DNA from: Candidatus Binatia bacterium | Lineage (GTDB): Bacteria > Desulfobacterota > Binatia > UBA1149 > CAITLU01 | Assembly: GCA_036493895.1 (NCBI GenBank) | Contig: DASXOZ010000041.1 | Coordinates: 22,054-86,053 of the forward strand | DNA length: 64,000 nt | Direction: 5' to 3' | In this document: in pieces, positions 35,456 through 45,400 of the stretch | How positions within the stretch are numbered: the stretch's first letter is position 1 | Layout of the letters: each line of letters begins with the position of its first letter | The notes under the pieces: model-generated | Told to the model about the DNA's origin: nothing | Seen by the model: the letters and a program-made list of their open reading frames with translations, nothing else | Database searches by the model: none | Made by a program: the position numbers and the translations under genes

Positions 35456-37279
35456 TCAGTCCTGCCGCGACGCCTCCGAGGCCTTCCATGTCTCGATTTC
35501 CTCCTTGGCGTAGCGGTAGCCCGCATCGACGATGCGGTCGAACGCCTTGAGGTCCATCATGCCGAACTCGCGCACCGGCGGAGCCAGCAGAAGGTCGGCG
35601 CGCCTTCCCATCTCGCGCACGCGCGACATCGTTCCGATCTCGGTCGCTTTCAGCGTCAGCGTCATCAGCGTCGGCACGCGGTACTTGCGCGCGAACGGCA
35701 GCAGGCGCCCGCGGATCACTGCCCACGGCGACGGCATCCGGCTGTACGGCACCGTGTATTTCCTCTGCGACGACAGGTCGACGGCCACGATGCGGCCGAC
35801 CGGCTTGGTCTGCATGATGTCCACCGGCATGTTGTTGATGACCGCTCCGTCCACGGCGAGCTGTCCGTCGACGACAGCCGGCGGCATCACCCCCGGCATC
35901 GACGTGCTCGCGCGCAGCGCGTCGGGCAGCGAGCCCGACTCGTGCACGTTGACCGAGCCGTCGTCGAGGTTGCAGGAGACCGCGAACATCGGGATCGGCA
36001 GGTCTTCGACGCGGCCGGGCAGGTACGTCTCGAGCATGCGCTCGAGCCTGCGGCCGCGAAGCAGCGCGATCAGCGGGAACGTGAAGTCGCCGAAGGGATT
36101 GGTCCGCGCGAATGCTTCGCGCACGGTCGCAATCGCCTCGTCGGGCGTCCATCCCTTGGCCAGGCACGCTCCCATGACCGCACCCATGCTGGTGCCGCCG
36201 ATCCAGTCGGTGCGGATCCCCGCCTCGCACAGCGCTTTGTAGACGCCGAGGTGCGCAAAGCCGCGCGCGGCACCGGCAGCCAGCACGAGGCCGACGGCGT
36301 TGCCCGACAGGATCCTCGCGATGCGGTCGAGCTCGTCGTCGCAATCGGACCGCACGTGGAGATGAACGTCGATGCGGCGGCGGGCGAGCCACGCGCCGGT
36401 GCCGACGATCGGCCTGGACTTGTCGCCCTGCAGCAGCACCAGCATGCGGCGCGCGTTGGAGGATGCGGTGGCTTCGTCCAGGTCGGACTCGTCGCTGCGG
36501 ATCGTCGGGTCGCTCGAAGCCTCGGCGACGTAGACCACGATGTCCGACTGCTGGATCGCGTAGACCGTCCACGGCGTCGACACCATCTCGCAGTCGTAAA
36601 GCAGGAACCGGTTGGCGCTCTCCTGGTCGTAAAGCCACTGGCGAAGACCCGGCGACAGCTGCCCGGCCGCTTCGAGCCTGTCCACCGGTGCGCCGAGGGA
36701 TCCGAGCTCGCCCGGCGACACCGCCAGCGTAGCGCCGAAACGCGAGAGCCCGTCGCGCAGCTGGTGCACGAAGCGACGAAGGTGCTCGGAGGCACCGATC
36801 GGGATCACCGAGATCGTGCGGAAGCGCCTCGATGCCGGCGCCACCCTGGCCGTGCGGTCCCTGAGCACCCGCGCCATGCGGCGCGCCAGCGTCATCACCA
36901 CCGCCGGATGGATGCGCGCGAGAGCCTCGAGCTCCGCCGGGCCGACTTCGAAGAGCTGGCTGGTGCGGATCGCGCGCACGTCAGCGCTTCGCGGTGCCCC
37001 GGTCAGCAGGCTGATCTCGCCGACGCTGCGGCCGGGTTCGATCTCGCCGAGCCGGGTGGCCGGGCTTCCTTCGGGCGCGCCCTCCGGCGTCATCCAGACT
37101 TCGAGGCGGCCTCGAGTCAGGAAGAACAGCGAGCCGCCGGGATCTCCCTGGCGGCACAGCCATTGGCCGCCGTCGAGCTCGATCACGCGCAGCCTGGATA
37201 GCACTTCGTCGAGCTCGTCGCTGCCCTCGCCGAAGTACATCTCGAAGAGCTGGCGTACCTTGCCGTCGGGCTCGCTCAT
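35456..37279 (-). CDS. cyclic-nucleotide-binding domain / patatin-like phospholipase fusion protein (NTE-like)
   Basis: ATG at 37279 verified. N-terminal CAP-type cNMP-binding domain (GEISLLTGAPRSADVRA); patatin oxyanion hole GLVLAAGAARGFAHLG, nucleophile GTSMG and Asp AVDGAV. The 374 codons upstream in the listed ORF are rejected. Confidence 0.85.
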   Translation of the reverse strand: MSEPDGKVRQLFEMYFGEGSDELDEVLSRLRVIELDGGQWLCRQGDPGGSLFFLTRGRLEVWMTPEGAPEGSPATRLGEIEPGRSVGEISLLTGAPRSADVRAIRTSQLFEVGPAELEALARIHPAVVMTLARRMARVLRDRTARVAPASRRFRTISVIPIGASEHLRRFVHQLRDGLSRFGATLAVSPGELGSLGAPVDRLEAAGQLSPGLRQWLYDQESANRFLLYDCEMVSTPWTVYAIQQSDIVVYVAEASSDPTIRSDESDLDEATASSNARRMLVLLQGDKSRPIVGTGAWLARRRIDVHLHVRSDCDDELDRIARILSGNAVGLVLAAGAARGFAHLGVYKALCEAGIRTDWIGGTSMGAVMGACLAKGWTPDEAIATVREAFARTNPFGDFTFPLIALLRGRRLERMLETYLPGRVEDLPIPMFAVSCNLDDGSVNVHESGSLPDALRASTSMPGVMPPAVVDGQLAVDGAVINNMPVDIMQTKPVGRIVAVDLSSQRKYTVPYSRMPSPWAVIRGRLLPFARKYRVPTLMTLTLKATEIGTMSRVREMGRRADLLLAPPVREFGMMDLKAFDRIVDAGYRYAKEEIETWKASEASRQD

Positions 37280-38622
37280 GTGGCCGCCTGCTGCGCCGGA
37301 GTCGTTCCGGTTGCCAGGGACTCCAGCGTTTCCAGGATGACGCCGATCGACTCGATGAAGTGTTCGAAGCGCTTTTCGTCCTCGGCGTCGAACGGCCGGC
37401 CGTCCTTGCGATTGAGGAGCTGCGCGACGCCGAACACTTCGCCGCGGCGGTTCTTCAGCGGGATGCAAAGGATGGTGCGGGTGCGAAAGCCCGATCTCAG
37501 GTCGACGTCGCGGTTGAAGCGGGGATCCGCGTACGCATCGTCGACGCGGATCGACTTTCCGCTCTCGGCCGATGACCCCGCAATCCCGCTCCCGATCGGA
37601 ATTCGCACGACGATGTCCTCGGGCAAGTCCTGGGCTACGCGCAGCCGGAGCGTCTTGCGCCCGGCCTCCACCACGAAGAGCGACGCGCGCTCGGCGTCGA
37701 GCAGCTGGCCGAACTTGCGCGTGAACGCGAACAGGCCCTGCTCGAGCATGCTCTGGAACGCGGCGTCGCTGGCCAGCGCCGTCGCTTCCATGAAGCGCTG
37801 CGATTCGTCGGTGAGCTGCTGCAGGAGCTCGCGGAACCCTTTCTCGTCGAGCCGGTCGACGACGCTGTCGAGGGACTGGCGCTGCCGGTTTTCGGCCAGC
37901 GTCTTCATCATCAGCTGGTTGTTCGCGATGACCGCATCGGTGAACGTCGACAGCCGGCCGTCCTCGAGGTGGACGATGCGGTCGGCGACGTCGAGGATGC
38001 GGTTGTCGTGGGTCACCAGCAGGATCGTCGTGCCTTTCTCCTTGGCCAGCGTCTTGATCCGGTCGACGACCTCGCGCCCGGACTCCTTGTCCAGAGACGC
38101 GGTGGGCTCGTCGGCGAGCAGGATGTCGGGCTGGGACGCCAGGGCCCTGGCGATGGCGACTCTCTGGCGCTGGCCGCCCGAGAGCTGCTCGCCCTTGTAG
38201 TGCAGGCGCTCGCCCAGGCCGACCGCGTGCAGCATGTCGACCGCGATCCTGTTCTCTTCGGCCGGGGAGTAGCGCTGTGTCACGCGCAGGCCGAGCTCGA
38301 CGTTCTGCACCGCGGTCAGGGCCTGCAGCAGGTTGTGCTGCTGGAAAATGAATCCGATGCGCCGGCGCGCCCTCTCCAGCGCGGCAGCGCCTGCCCCGCA
38401 CAACTCTTCGCCGAGGATGCGCACGCTTCCTTCCCGGGCCGACCGCAGCGCACCGACCAGCGTGAGCATCGTCGTCTTGCCGGAGCCGGACGGACCGGTG
38501 ACGATCACGATCTCGCCGCGCGGGATCTCCGTCGAGATGTCGAACAGGATCTGCTTGCGCAGGACGCCCTTGCCGAAGGCGTGGTTGAGGTTGCGTACGA
38601 CGATGGGCGCTTCGGCGCTCAT
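37276..38622 (-). CDS. ABC transporter ATP-binding protein (DevA/MacB/LolD type) with C-terminal GAF domain
   Basis: Walker A GPSGSGKTT, signature LSGGQRQRVAIARAL and Walker B ILLADEPT, then a ~200-aa GAF-like domain (IPIGSGIAGSSAESGKSIRVDDAYADPRFN...ILCIPL). ATG at 38622 overlaps the permease stop. Confidence 0.85.
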   Translation of the reverse strand: MSAEAPIVVRNLNHAFGKGVLRKQILFDISTEIPRGEIVIVTGPSGSGKTTMLTLVGALRSAREGSVRILGEELCGAGAAALERARRRIGFIFQQHNLLQALTAVQNVELGLRVTQRYSPAEENRIAVDMLHAVGLGERLHYKGEQLSGGQRQRVAIARALASQPDILLADEPTASLDKESGREVVDRIKTLAKEKGTTILLVTHDNRILDVADRIVHLEDGRLSTFTDAVIANNQLMMKTLAENRQRQSLDSVVDRLDEKGFRELLQQLTDESQRFMEATALASDAAFQSMLEQGLFAFTRKFGQLLDAERASLFVVEAGRKTLRLRVAQDLPEDIVVRIPIGSGIAGSSAESGKSIRVDDAYADPRFNRDVDLRSGFRTRTILCIPLKNRRGEVFGVAQLLNRKDGRPFDAEDEKRFEHFIESIGVILETLESLATGTTPAQQAAT

Positions 38623-39770
38623 CAGAACACGTCCGCGGGGTCGAGGCGCCGCACCTTTCGCACCGCCAGAAGCCCGGAGATCGCGCACATCGCGAGCGTC
38701 AGGACGAGGACCGCCGCGGCCCGCCCGGCCGTGATGTGCAGCGGCATCATCGTCGCGGACGCCGCCGCGCCGTAGAGGAAATAGACAGCGACCTGTCCGG
38801 GGATGTAGCCGAGCACGCCGAGGATCGCCGCCTGCTGGATCACGATGCCCGAGACGAAGCGATTCGGGTAGCCCATCGCGCGCAGCGTGCCGTACTCCCG
38901 CAGGTGCTCGGAGACGTCGGCGAACAGGATCTGGTAGACGATGATGGCCCCGACGACGAAACCCATCACCGCGCCGAACGCGAAGATGTAGCCGACGGGG
39001 GTCGCCGAGTTCCAGTAGTCGATCTCGTGCTGGACGAACTCGGCCTTGGTCAGGACGAAGATGTCCTTCGGCAGCAGCTTCTCGATCTTCTCCCTCACGG
39101 CGACCGGGTCGGACCCCGGCTTCAGCTTGATCAGCCCGAGCTCGATGTCGTTGCGCGAGCGCGTGGGAAACAGCCGAAGCCAGTTGTCCTCGCTCGTGAT
39201 GATGTTGCCGTCGATTCCGAACGACGGTCCCATCTCGAAGAGGCCGACCACCTTGATCTGCCGGTCGTTGAGCTCGGCCTGCAGGGGATGGGCCGGGTCG
39301 AAGGTGGCCGCTACCGGGCCGAATTCCGGCCGGGAGTGGTCGTCGAACAGCAGCACGTCCTCCTTGTCGAGCAGCTTGCGCCCCTCGCGAAACCCTTTCG
39401 TGTCGAGGAGGTCGTCCTCCGGGTGGATGCCGAAGATCGTGATCGCACGATGCTCGTTGTTCCACGGGTTCTTCCAGATTCCGGGCGCGATCCACACGGG
39501 GCTGACCCGCTCGACTTCGCTCACGCCAAGCGCTTCGTAGAGACGCCGGATCGAGAACGGCTCGGGCCGGACGATGAAGATGCTGTTGTGGCTGAATAGC
39601 GCGATGTCGTAGTCGAGTCGCTCGTGGTAGCGCACGGCGCTCTCGAACAGGGCCGAACGGAAGCCGAGCTGCATCATGATCAGCAGCACGGCGAAGCCGA
39701 TGCCGGAGACGGCCACCAGCAGTCGCATCGGGCTGTGACGAAGCTGGAGCCAGCCGAGCGGAAGCCTCAC
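38622..39770 (-). CDS. ABC transporter permease, FtsX/DevC family
   Basis: 382 aa with an N-terminal TM, a large periplasmic domain, then 3 C-terminal TM helices (FtsX fold). Confidence 0.75.
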   Translation of the reverse strand: MRLPLGWLQLRHSPMRLLVAVSGIGFAVLLIMMQLGFRSALFESAVRYHERLDYDIALFSHNSIFIVRPEPFSIRRLYEALGVSEVERVSPVWIAPGIWKNPWNNEHRAITIFGIHPEDDLLDTKGFREGRKLLDKEDVLLFDDHSRPEFGPVAATFDPAHPLQAELNDRQIKVVGLFEMGPSFGIDGNIITSEDNWLRLFPTRSRNDIELGLIKLKPGSDPVAVREKIEKLLPKDIFVLTKAEFVQHEIDYWNSATPVGYIFAFGAVMGFVVGAIIVYQILFADVSEHLREYGTLRAMGYPNRFVSGIVIQQAAILGVLGYIPGQVAVYFLYGAAASATMMPLHITAGRAAAVLVLTLAMCAISGLLAVRKVRRLDPADVF

Positions 39771-39838
39771 GGTCGCTTCATCCGGTCACTCTCGCTGCCA
39801 GCCGCATCCTTCACACCTCCGCGCCGCACGGTCGTTTC

Positions 39839-40852
39839 TCAGGGGTGGATCAGGACATCGACCTGGAGGTTGCTGAGGCTGGCCACAGGCTTCGGGTCGT
39901 CCAGCAGCACTTCGACTTCGACGATGCGGGCGTCCTTGCGCGCGGCGGGGTCGGTGCCCGTCGCATCCTGCTTGCGCACCTGGAGCCTGACGCGTTCGAC
40001 CTTTCCCGAAAGAGGCGCAGCCAGCGCGCTGCTCGTCACGGTCGCCTTCTGCCCGACCTTGACGCGGCCGATGTCGGTCTCGTAGATCTCGGCGATCGCG
40101 TACATGCGGTCGACGTGCCCCATTTCGAGGACTCCGTCCGCGCCCATCAGTTCTCCCGGGCGCTTGAGGATCCTCAGCACGCGTCCGCCCATCGGCGCTT
40201 TCACGTAGCAGCGGTCGAGCTCGGCCTGCGCGCGATCGACCTCCGCCCGGGCCACCGCGACCTTGAGGTCCGCCGCCTGGGTCGCGATCTTCGCCGACGT
40301 GCAGGAGCCGGACAGCGCTTTCGCGTCGCCCGCCGCGATGTCGGCCTCTTCGGTGGATGCCACTCCGGTCTTGAGAAGATTCGAGCGTCGCGTCGAGGTC
40401 CTCTGCGCAACGTCGGAGCGCGAACAGATGTCCTGCTCCTGCCCCAGCGCCATCGCCGACTCCTTCTCGGCAAGAGCGAGCTCGGCCTTGCGCAGGCCCA
40501 CCTGGGCCTGCTCGCTCGTCGCGGTGTCGGTGACGGCGAGCAGCTGGCCTTCGGTCACGTCGTCGCCGGCTTCGACCAGCAGCTGGCGCACCACGGCGCC
40601 GTTGACGGCGTTGACCATCGACGGCGCCGACACGCGGATGATGCCGTGCTCGGGCTCGATGCGGCCGAGGGCCGACACGGCATCGCCGGCGACGGGAGCG
40701 CCTTCGGATGCCTGCGCGGTCGCGGCCGCGGCGGCTGGGGCCGCGGCGAGCGCCAGGCACAGCAGGGCAGCGGCAAATCCGCCGCGATACGTACGTCGAT
40801 GTGGAACCATGCTGAGGAGCACCCTGGACAGCCCGAACTCCGGGTTCGGCAA
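39839..40852 (-). CDS. HlyD/DevB-family periplasmic adaptor (membrane fusion protein)
   Basis: N-terminal anchor/signal, coiled-coil region (AELALAEKES...AELDRCYVKAP) and beta-barrel/lipoyl-like motifs; start codon uncertain (TTG at 40852 or ATG 14 codons in). Confidence 0.7.
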   Translation of the reverse strand: MPNPEFGLSRVLLSMVPHRRTYRGGFAAALLCLALAAAPAAAAATAQASEGAPVAGDAVSALGRIEPEHGIIRVSAPSMVNAVNGAVVRQLLVEAGDDVTEGQLLAVTDTATSEQAQVGLRKAELALAEKESAMALGQEQDICSRSDVAQRTSTRRSNLLKTGVASTEEADIAAGDAKALSGSCTSAKIATQAADLKVAVARAEVDRAQAELDRCYVKAPMGGRVLRILKRPGELMGADGVLEMGHVDRMYAIAEIYETDIGRVKVGQKATVTSSALAAPLSGKVERVRLQVRKQDATGTDPAARKDARIVEVEVLLDDPKPVASLSNLQVDVLIHP

Positions 40853-41004
40853 GGCACAGCCTCGGGACCGGGTCCCCGAGACGAAACAAAACCCACCTGG
40901 ATCGAGGCGCGGTTCCTACTCTCGGCCGGCCGTCGTCGCAAGTTTGTCGCGAGCCGGGACCGTGACCGCCGCCACGTCCGTCCGCGAGCCGCACGGCGGC
41001 CCGG

Positions 41005-41673
<669 letters not shown>

Positions 41674-41681
41674 CGCGGGCT

Positions 41682-43481
41682 TTACTCCCCGACCTTCAGG
41701 ATGGCGAGGAACGCCTCCTGGGGAATCTCGACGCTGCCGACCTGCTTCATGCGCTTCTTGCCTTCCTTCTGCTTCTCGAGGAGCTTGCGCTTGCGCGTGA
41801 TGTCACCGCCGTAGCACTTGGCCGTGACGTTCTTGCGCATGGCCTTGACCGTCTCGCGCGCGACGATCTTGCTGCCGATGGCGGCCTGGATCACGATCTC
41901 GAACATCTGACGAGGAATCAACTCCCGCATTCGGCTGGTCAGGTCGCGGCCGCGCAGGAACGCGCGCTCACGGTGACAGATCATCGAGAGCGCGTCCACT
42001 TTCTCCCCGTTGATCAGCAGGTCGAGCTTGACCAGGGGCGAGACGCGAAAGCCCACCGGCTCGTAGTCGAGGGAGGCGTAGCCGCGGGACGTGGATTTCA
42101 GGCGGTCGTAGAAGTCGTAGACGATCTCCGACAGGGGGATGTCGTACTCGATCACCGCCCTGCCGGCGGTGGGAAAGCGCAGGTCGGTCTGGGTGCCGCG
42201 CTTGTCCTCGCACAGGGCCAGCACGCCGCCGACGTACTCGGACGGCACGTGGACGGTGGCTTTGACGTAGGGCTCGGCGATCGAATCGACCCGCGCCAGG
42301 TCCGGCAGCTTGGCGGGGCTGTCGATCTCGATCGAGGTGCCGTCGCTCAGGTGCACCTGGTAGACCACCGTCGGCGCCGTCGTGATCAGGCTCAGGCCGA
42401 ACTCGCGCTCGAGCCGCTCCTGCGTGATCTCGATGTGCAGGAGCCCGAGGAACCCGCAGCGGAATCCGAAGCCGAGCGCCGTCGAAGTCTCGGGCTCGTA
42501 CGAGAACGACGAGTCGTTGAGCTTGAGCTTCTCGATCGCGTCGCGCAGCGCCTCGTAATCCGAGCTGTCGACCGGATAGATGCCGGCGAACACCATCGGC
42601 TTGACGACCTTGAAGCCCGGCAGCGCCTCGCTGCACGGCTCGGCCGCCAGCGTCACCGTATCGCCCACCTTCGCCTCGGCGATGTCCTTGATGGCCGCCG
42701 CGAGCACGCCCACTTCGCCCGGCCCGAGCGACTCCACCTCGACCGGGCCCGGCCGGAAGACACCGACGCGAGTGACGTCGTAGTCTCGCGTGGCCTGCAG
42801 CAGGCGGACGCGGTCACCCTTGCGAACGGTTCCGTCGATCACGCGGATCTGCACGACGACGCCGAGGTACGGATCGAACCACGAATCGAAGATCAGCGCC
42901 TTCAGCGGCGCACCCGGCGTCGTCCGCGGCGGCGGGACTTTCGCGACGATGGCCTCGAGCACCTTGTCGACCCCGAAACCGGTCTTGGCGCTGACCTCGA
43001 TCGCTTCGGAGGCGTCGATGCCGATCAGGTCCTCGATCTGGCGCCTGGTGCGCGCCGCGTCGGCCGCCGGCAGGTCGATCTTGTTCAGCACCGGCACGAT
43101 CTCGAGGTCGTGGTCGAGCGCAAGGTAGACGTTGGCCAGCGTCTGAGCCTCGACGCCCTGGCTGGCATCGACGATCAGCAGCGCGCCTTCGCACGCGGAG
43201 AGCGACCGGGAGACTTCGTAGCCGAAATCGACGTGGCCCGGCGTATCGATGAGGTTGAGAATGTAGAGAAGGCCGTCGGCGGCGCGATATTCCAGGCGCA
43301 CGGCGCGAGCCTTGATCGTGATGCCCCGCTCCCGCTCCAGGTCCATGTCGTCGAGCATCTGGTTGGAGCTTTCGCGCGCGCTGACCGTGCCGGTCTTCTC
43401 GAGCAGGCGGTCGGCCAGCGTCGACTTGCCGTGGTCGATGTGCGCGATGATCGAAAAGTTGCGAATGCGGGAAACGGACAT
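41682..43481 (-). CDS. lepA: elongation factor 4 (LepA)
   Basis: 599 aa with G1 AHIDHGKST and the LepA-specific C-terminal domain; lepA-lepB arrangement is conserved. Confidence 0.95.
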   Translation of the reverse strand: MSVSRIRNFSIIAHIDHGKSTLADRLLEKTGTVSARESSNQMLDDMDLERERGITIKARAVRLEYRAADGLLYILNLIDTPGHVDFGYEVSRSLSACEGALLIVDASQGVEAQTLANVYLALDHDLEIVPVLNKIDLPAADAARTRRQIEDLIGIDASEAIEVSAKTGFGVDKVLEAIVAKVPPPRTTPGAPLKALIFDSWFDPYLGVVVQIRVIDGTVRKGDRVRLLQATRDYDVTRVGVFRPGPVEVESLGPGEVGVLAAAIKDIAEAKVGDTVTLAAEPCSEALPGFKVVKPMVFAGIYPVDSSDYEALRDAIEKLKLNDSSFSYEPETSTALGFGFRCGFLGLLHIEITQERLEREFGLSLITTAPTVVYQVHLSDGTSIEIDSPAKLPDLARVDSIAEPYVKATVHVPSEYVGGVLALCEDKRGTQTDLRFPTAGRAVIEYDIPLSEIVYDFYDRLKSTSRGYASLDYEPVGFRVSPLVKLDLLINGEKVDALSMICHRERAFLRGRDLTSRMRELIPRQMFEIVIQAAIGSKIVARETVKAMRKNVTAKCYGGDITRKRKLLEKQKEGKKRMKQVGSVEIPQEAFLAILKVGE

Positions 43482-43523
43482 GCGCGGAAGCGTCCCGGAG
43501 CGGCCGCTCGAGAATCGCGACCG

Positions 43524-44444
43524 CTACGACCGCGAGCGAAAGAAGTCAACCGTCGCGGCAAGCCCGTCGTCGAGACGGACTTGCGGACTCCAGCCGATCT
43601 CGCGCCGGGCTTTGTCGAAGCTGAGCACGCTGCGCCGCACCTCGCCTTCCTTGGCCGGCGCGTGCTCGGGCGCGACGTCGTGGCCCGTCAGGCGCCGCAG
43701 CTTGGCGTGCAGCTCGACGACGCTCGTCTCCTGGCTCGTGCCGATGTTCACTGCTCCGCAGCAGGCAGACGTGAGAGCCGCAAGGTTCGCACGCACGACG
43801 TCACCGACGAACACGTAGTCGCGCGTCTGCTGGCCGTCGCCGTAAATCTGGCAGCTTGTGCCCGCCAGCAGCGCCCTGGAGAAGATCGAGACGACACCGG
43901 CCTCACCGTGAGGATCCTGGCGCGGCCCGTAGACGTTCGCATAGCGCAGAGCCACGTAGCGCATTCCGCAGAAACGCCGGTAATATTCGAGGTAGTGCTC
44001 GCCGGTGAGCTTGCTGACGCCGTACGGGCAGACGGGGATCGTCGAATGCTCCTCGGTCGTCGGGAACTGGTCGACTTCGCCGTAGACAGTGCCGCCCGAC
44101 GAGGCGAACAGCACCGCGCCGGTGCCGGCGCGGCGGCAGGCTTCGAGAAGCCGCACGAACCCCACGACGTTGACGTCGGCATCGAACGCCGGGTCCTCGA
44201 CCGAAAAACGCACGTTCATCTGCGCGGCGTGGTGGCAGAGCACGTCGGGTTTCTCGCTCGCGACGACGGCGGAAGCCTCGCCGCTGCGGATGTCGAGCTG
44301 GTGGAAGCGCGCAGCCGCCGGCACCTGGGCGCGGTGCCCGCTCGAGAGATTATCGAGGACGAGGACGTCGTGCCCCGCCGCGACGAACGCATCGGCGAGG
44401 TGGGAGCCGATGAACCCGGCGCCGCCCGTGACGAGGATCTTCAT
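43524..44444 (-). CDS. NAD-dependent epimerase/dehydratase (UDP-glucose 4-epimerase-like)
   Basis: Motifs [16 protein letters not shown] and YxxxK ([11 protein letters not shown]); start at the internal ATG. Confidence 0.8.
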   Translation of the reverse strand: MKILVTGGAGFIGSHLADAFVAAGHDVLVLDNLSSGHRAQVPAAARFHQLDIRSGEASAVVASEKPDVLCHHAAQMNVRFSVEDPAFDADVNVVGFVRLLEACRRAGTGAVLFASSGGTVYGEVDQFPTTEEHSTIPVCPYGVSKLTGEHYLEYYRRFCGMRYVALRYANVYGPRQDPHGEAGVVSIFSRALLAGTSCQIYGDGQQTRDYVFVGDVVRANLAALTSACCGAVNIGTSQETSVVELHAKLRRLTGHDVAPEHAPAKEGEVRRSVLSFDKARREIGWSPQVRLDDGLAATVDFFRSRS

Positions 44445-45385
44445 GCCGCCGAGGTCAGCTTGTTCCGGAAGAACTCGATGGTGCGCGCCAGGCCGTCGTC
44501 CAGTACCACTTTCGGCTCCCAGCCGAGCAGGCGCCGGGCGCGGCCGATGTCGGGCTGGCGCACCTTCGGGTCGTCCTCGGGCAACTCGCGGTAGACGATC
44601 CTCGAGCCGGTGCCGGCCAGGTCGCGGATCTTTTCCGCGAAGTCCTGGATGGTCATTTCCGCCGGATTGCCGAGGTTGACCGGCATCGTCTCGTCCGACC
44701 ACAGCAGCCGCGTCAGGCCTTCGACGAGATCGTCGACGAAACAGAAGCTGCGCGTCTGCGAGCCGTCGCCGTAGACGGTGATTTCCTCGCCCTTCAAGGC
44801 CTGGCACATGAAATTCGGCACGACGCGGCCGTCGCGCATGCGCATGCGCGGACCGTAGGTGTTGAAGATCCTCGCGATGCGCGTCTGCACGCCGTGGGTG
44901 CGATGGTAGGCCATCGTCATCGCCTCGAGAAACCGCTTGGCCTCGTCGTAGACGCCGCGCGGCCCGATCGGGTTGACGTTGCCCCAGTAGTCTTCCCGCT
45001 GGGGGTGCACCAGCGGGTCGCCGTACACTTCAGAAGTGGACGCGACCAGGATGCGTGCGTTCTTCTCGCGAGCCAGCCCGAGCGCCTTGTGGGTGCCGAG
45101 CGAGCCGACTTTCAGCGTCTGGATCGGAAGCTCGAGGTAATCGACGGGGCTTGCCGGCGACGCGAAGTGCAGCACGGCATCCAGCGGCCCCTTTACGTAG
45201 ACGTAGTTGGTGATGTCCTGCTGCAGGAACGTGAACTTCGGATTCGCGAAAAGATGCGCGATGTTGTCGCGGTCGCCGGTGAGCAGGTTGTCGACGGCGA
45301 TCACGTCGTGACCGTCGGCCAGGTGACGCTCGCAAAGGTGGGAGCCGATGAAACCGGCTCCACCGGTGATCAGTACGCGACCCAT
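44441..45385 (-). CDS. UDP-glucuronate decarboxylase (UDP-xylose synthase)-like SDR
   Basis: Motifs [19 protein letters not shown] and YDEAKR, typical of UXS/ArnA-decarboxylase-type extended SDRs. Confidence 0.8.
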   Translation of the reverse strand: MGRVLITGGAGFIGSHLCERHLADGHDVIAVDNLLTGDRDNIAHLFANPKFTFLQQDITNYVYVKGPLDAVLHFASPASPVDYLELPIQTLKVGSLGTHKALGLAREKNARILVASTSEVYGDPLVHPQREDYWGNVNPIGPRGVYDEAKRFLEAMTMAYHRTHGVQTRIARIFNTYGPRMRMRDGRVVPNFMCQALKGEEITVYGDGSQTRSFCFVDDLVEGLTRLLWSDETMPVNLGNPAEMTIQDFAEKIRDLAGTGSRIVYRELPEDDPKVRQPDIGRARRLLGWEPKVVLDDGLARTIEFFRNKLTSAA

Positions 45386-45400
45386 CGCTGCGCTTCCTGC

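Noticed and set aside
37279-38401. N-terminal 374 codons of the 981-aa ORF upstream of the patatin gene, and analogous N-terminal extensions of the pyrC, dihydroorotase, PfkB, thiolase, type III PKS and ABC-GAF ORFs
   Set aside because: The extensions are Arg-rich, overlap the upstream gene in another frame and lack motifs. Conserved N-termini of the recognised families begin at internal ATG/GTG/TTG codons, several with visible RBSs (checked at 3968, 6192, 8366, 22067, 33471, 34526, 37279, 38622, 48880, 51916, 52364, 53266, 55526, 61488, 63322).
40823-40880. Two GC-rich palindromes (CCGAACTCCGGGTTCGG; CTCGGGACCGGGTCCCCGAG) near the HlyD-gene start
   Set aside because: They are not followed by T-tracts on either strand. 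They fall within or adjacent to the 5' end of the adaptor ORF, whose start is itself uncertain, so evidence for a terminator or operator call is insufficient.
43524-45385. Apparent 1-nt inconsistencies between hand-counted positions and ORF-track frames in the printed sequence (around 44441..44445 and 40809..40852)
   Set aside because: These are most likely my transcription or counting error, not a frameshift; the track translations are continuous and homologous throughout, so no pseudogene is called.
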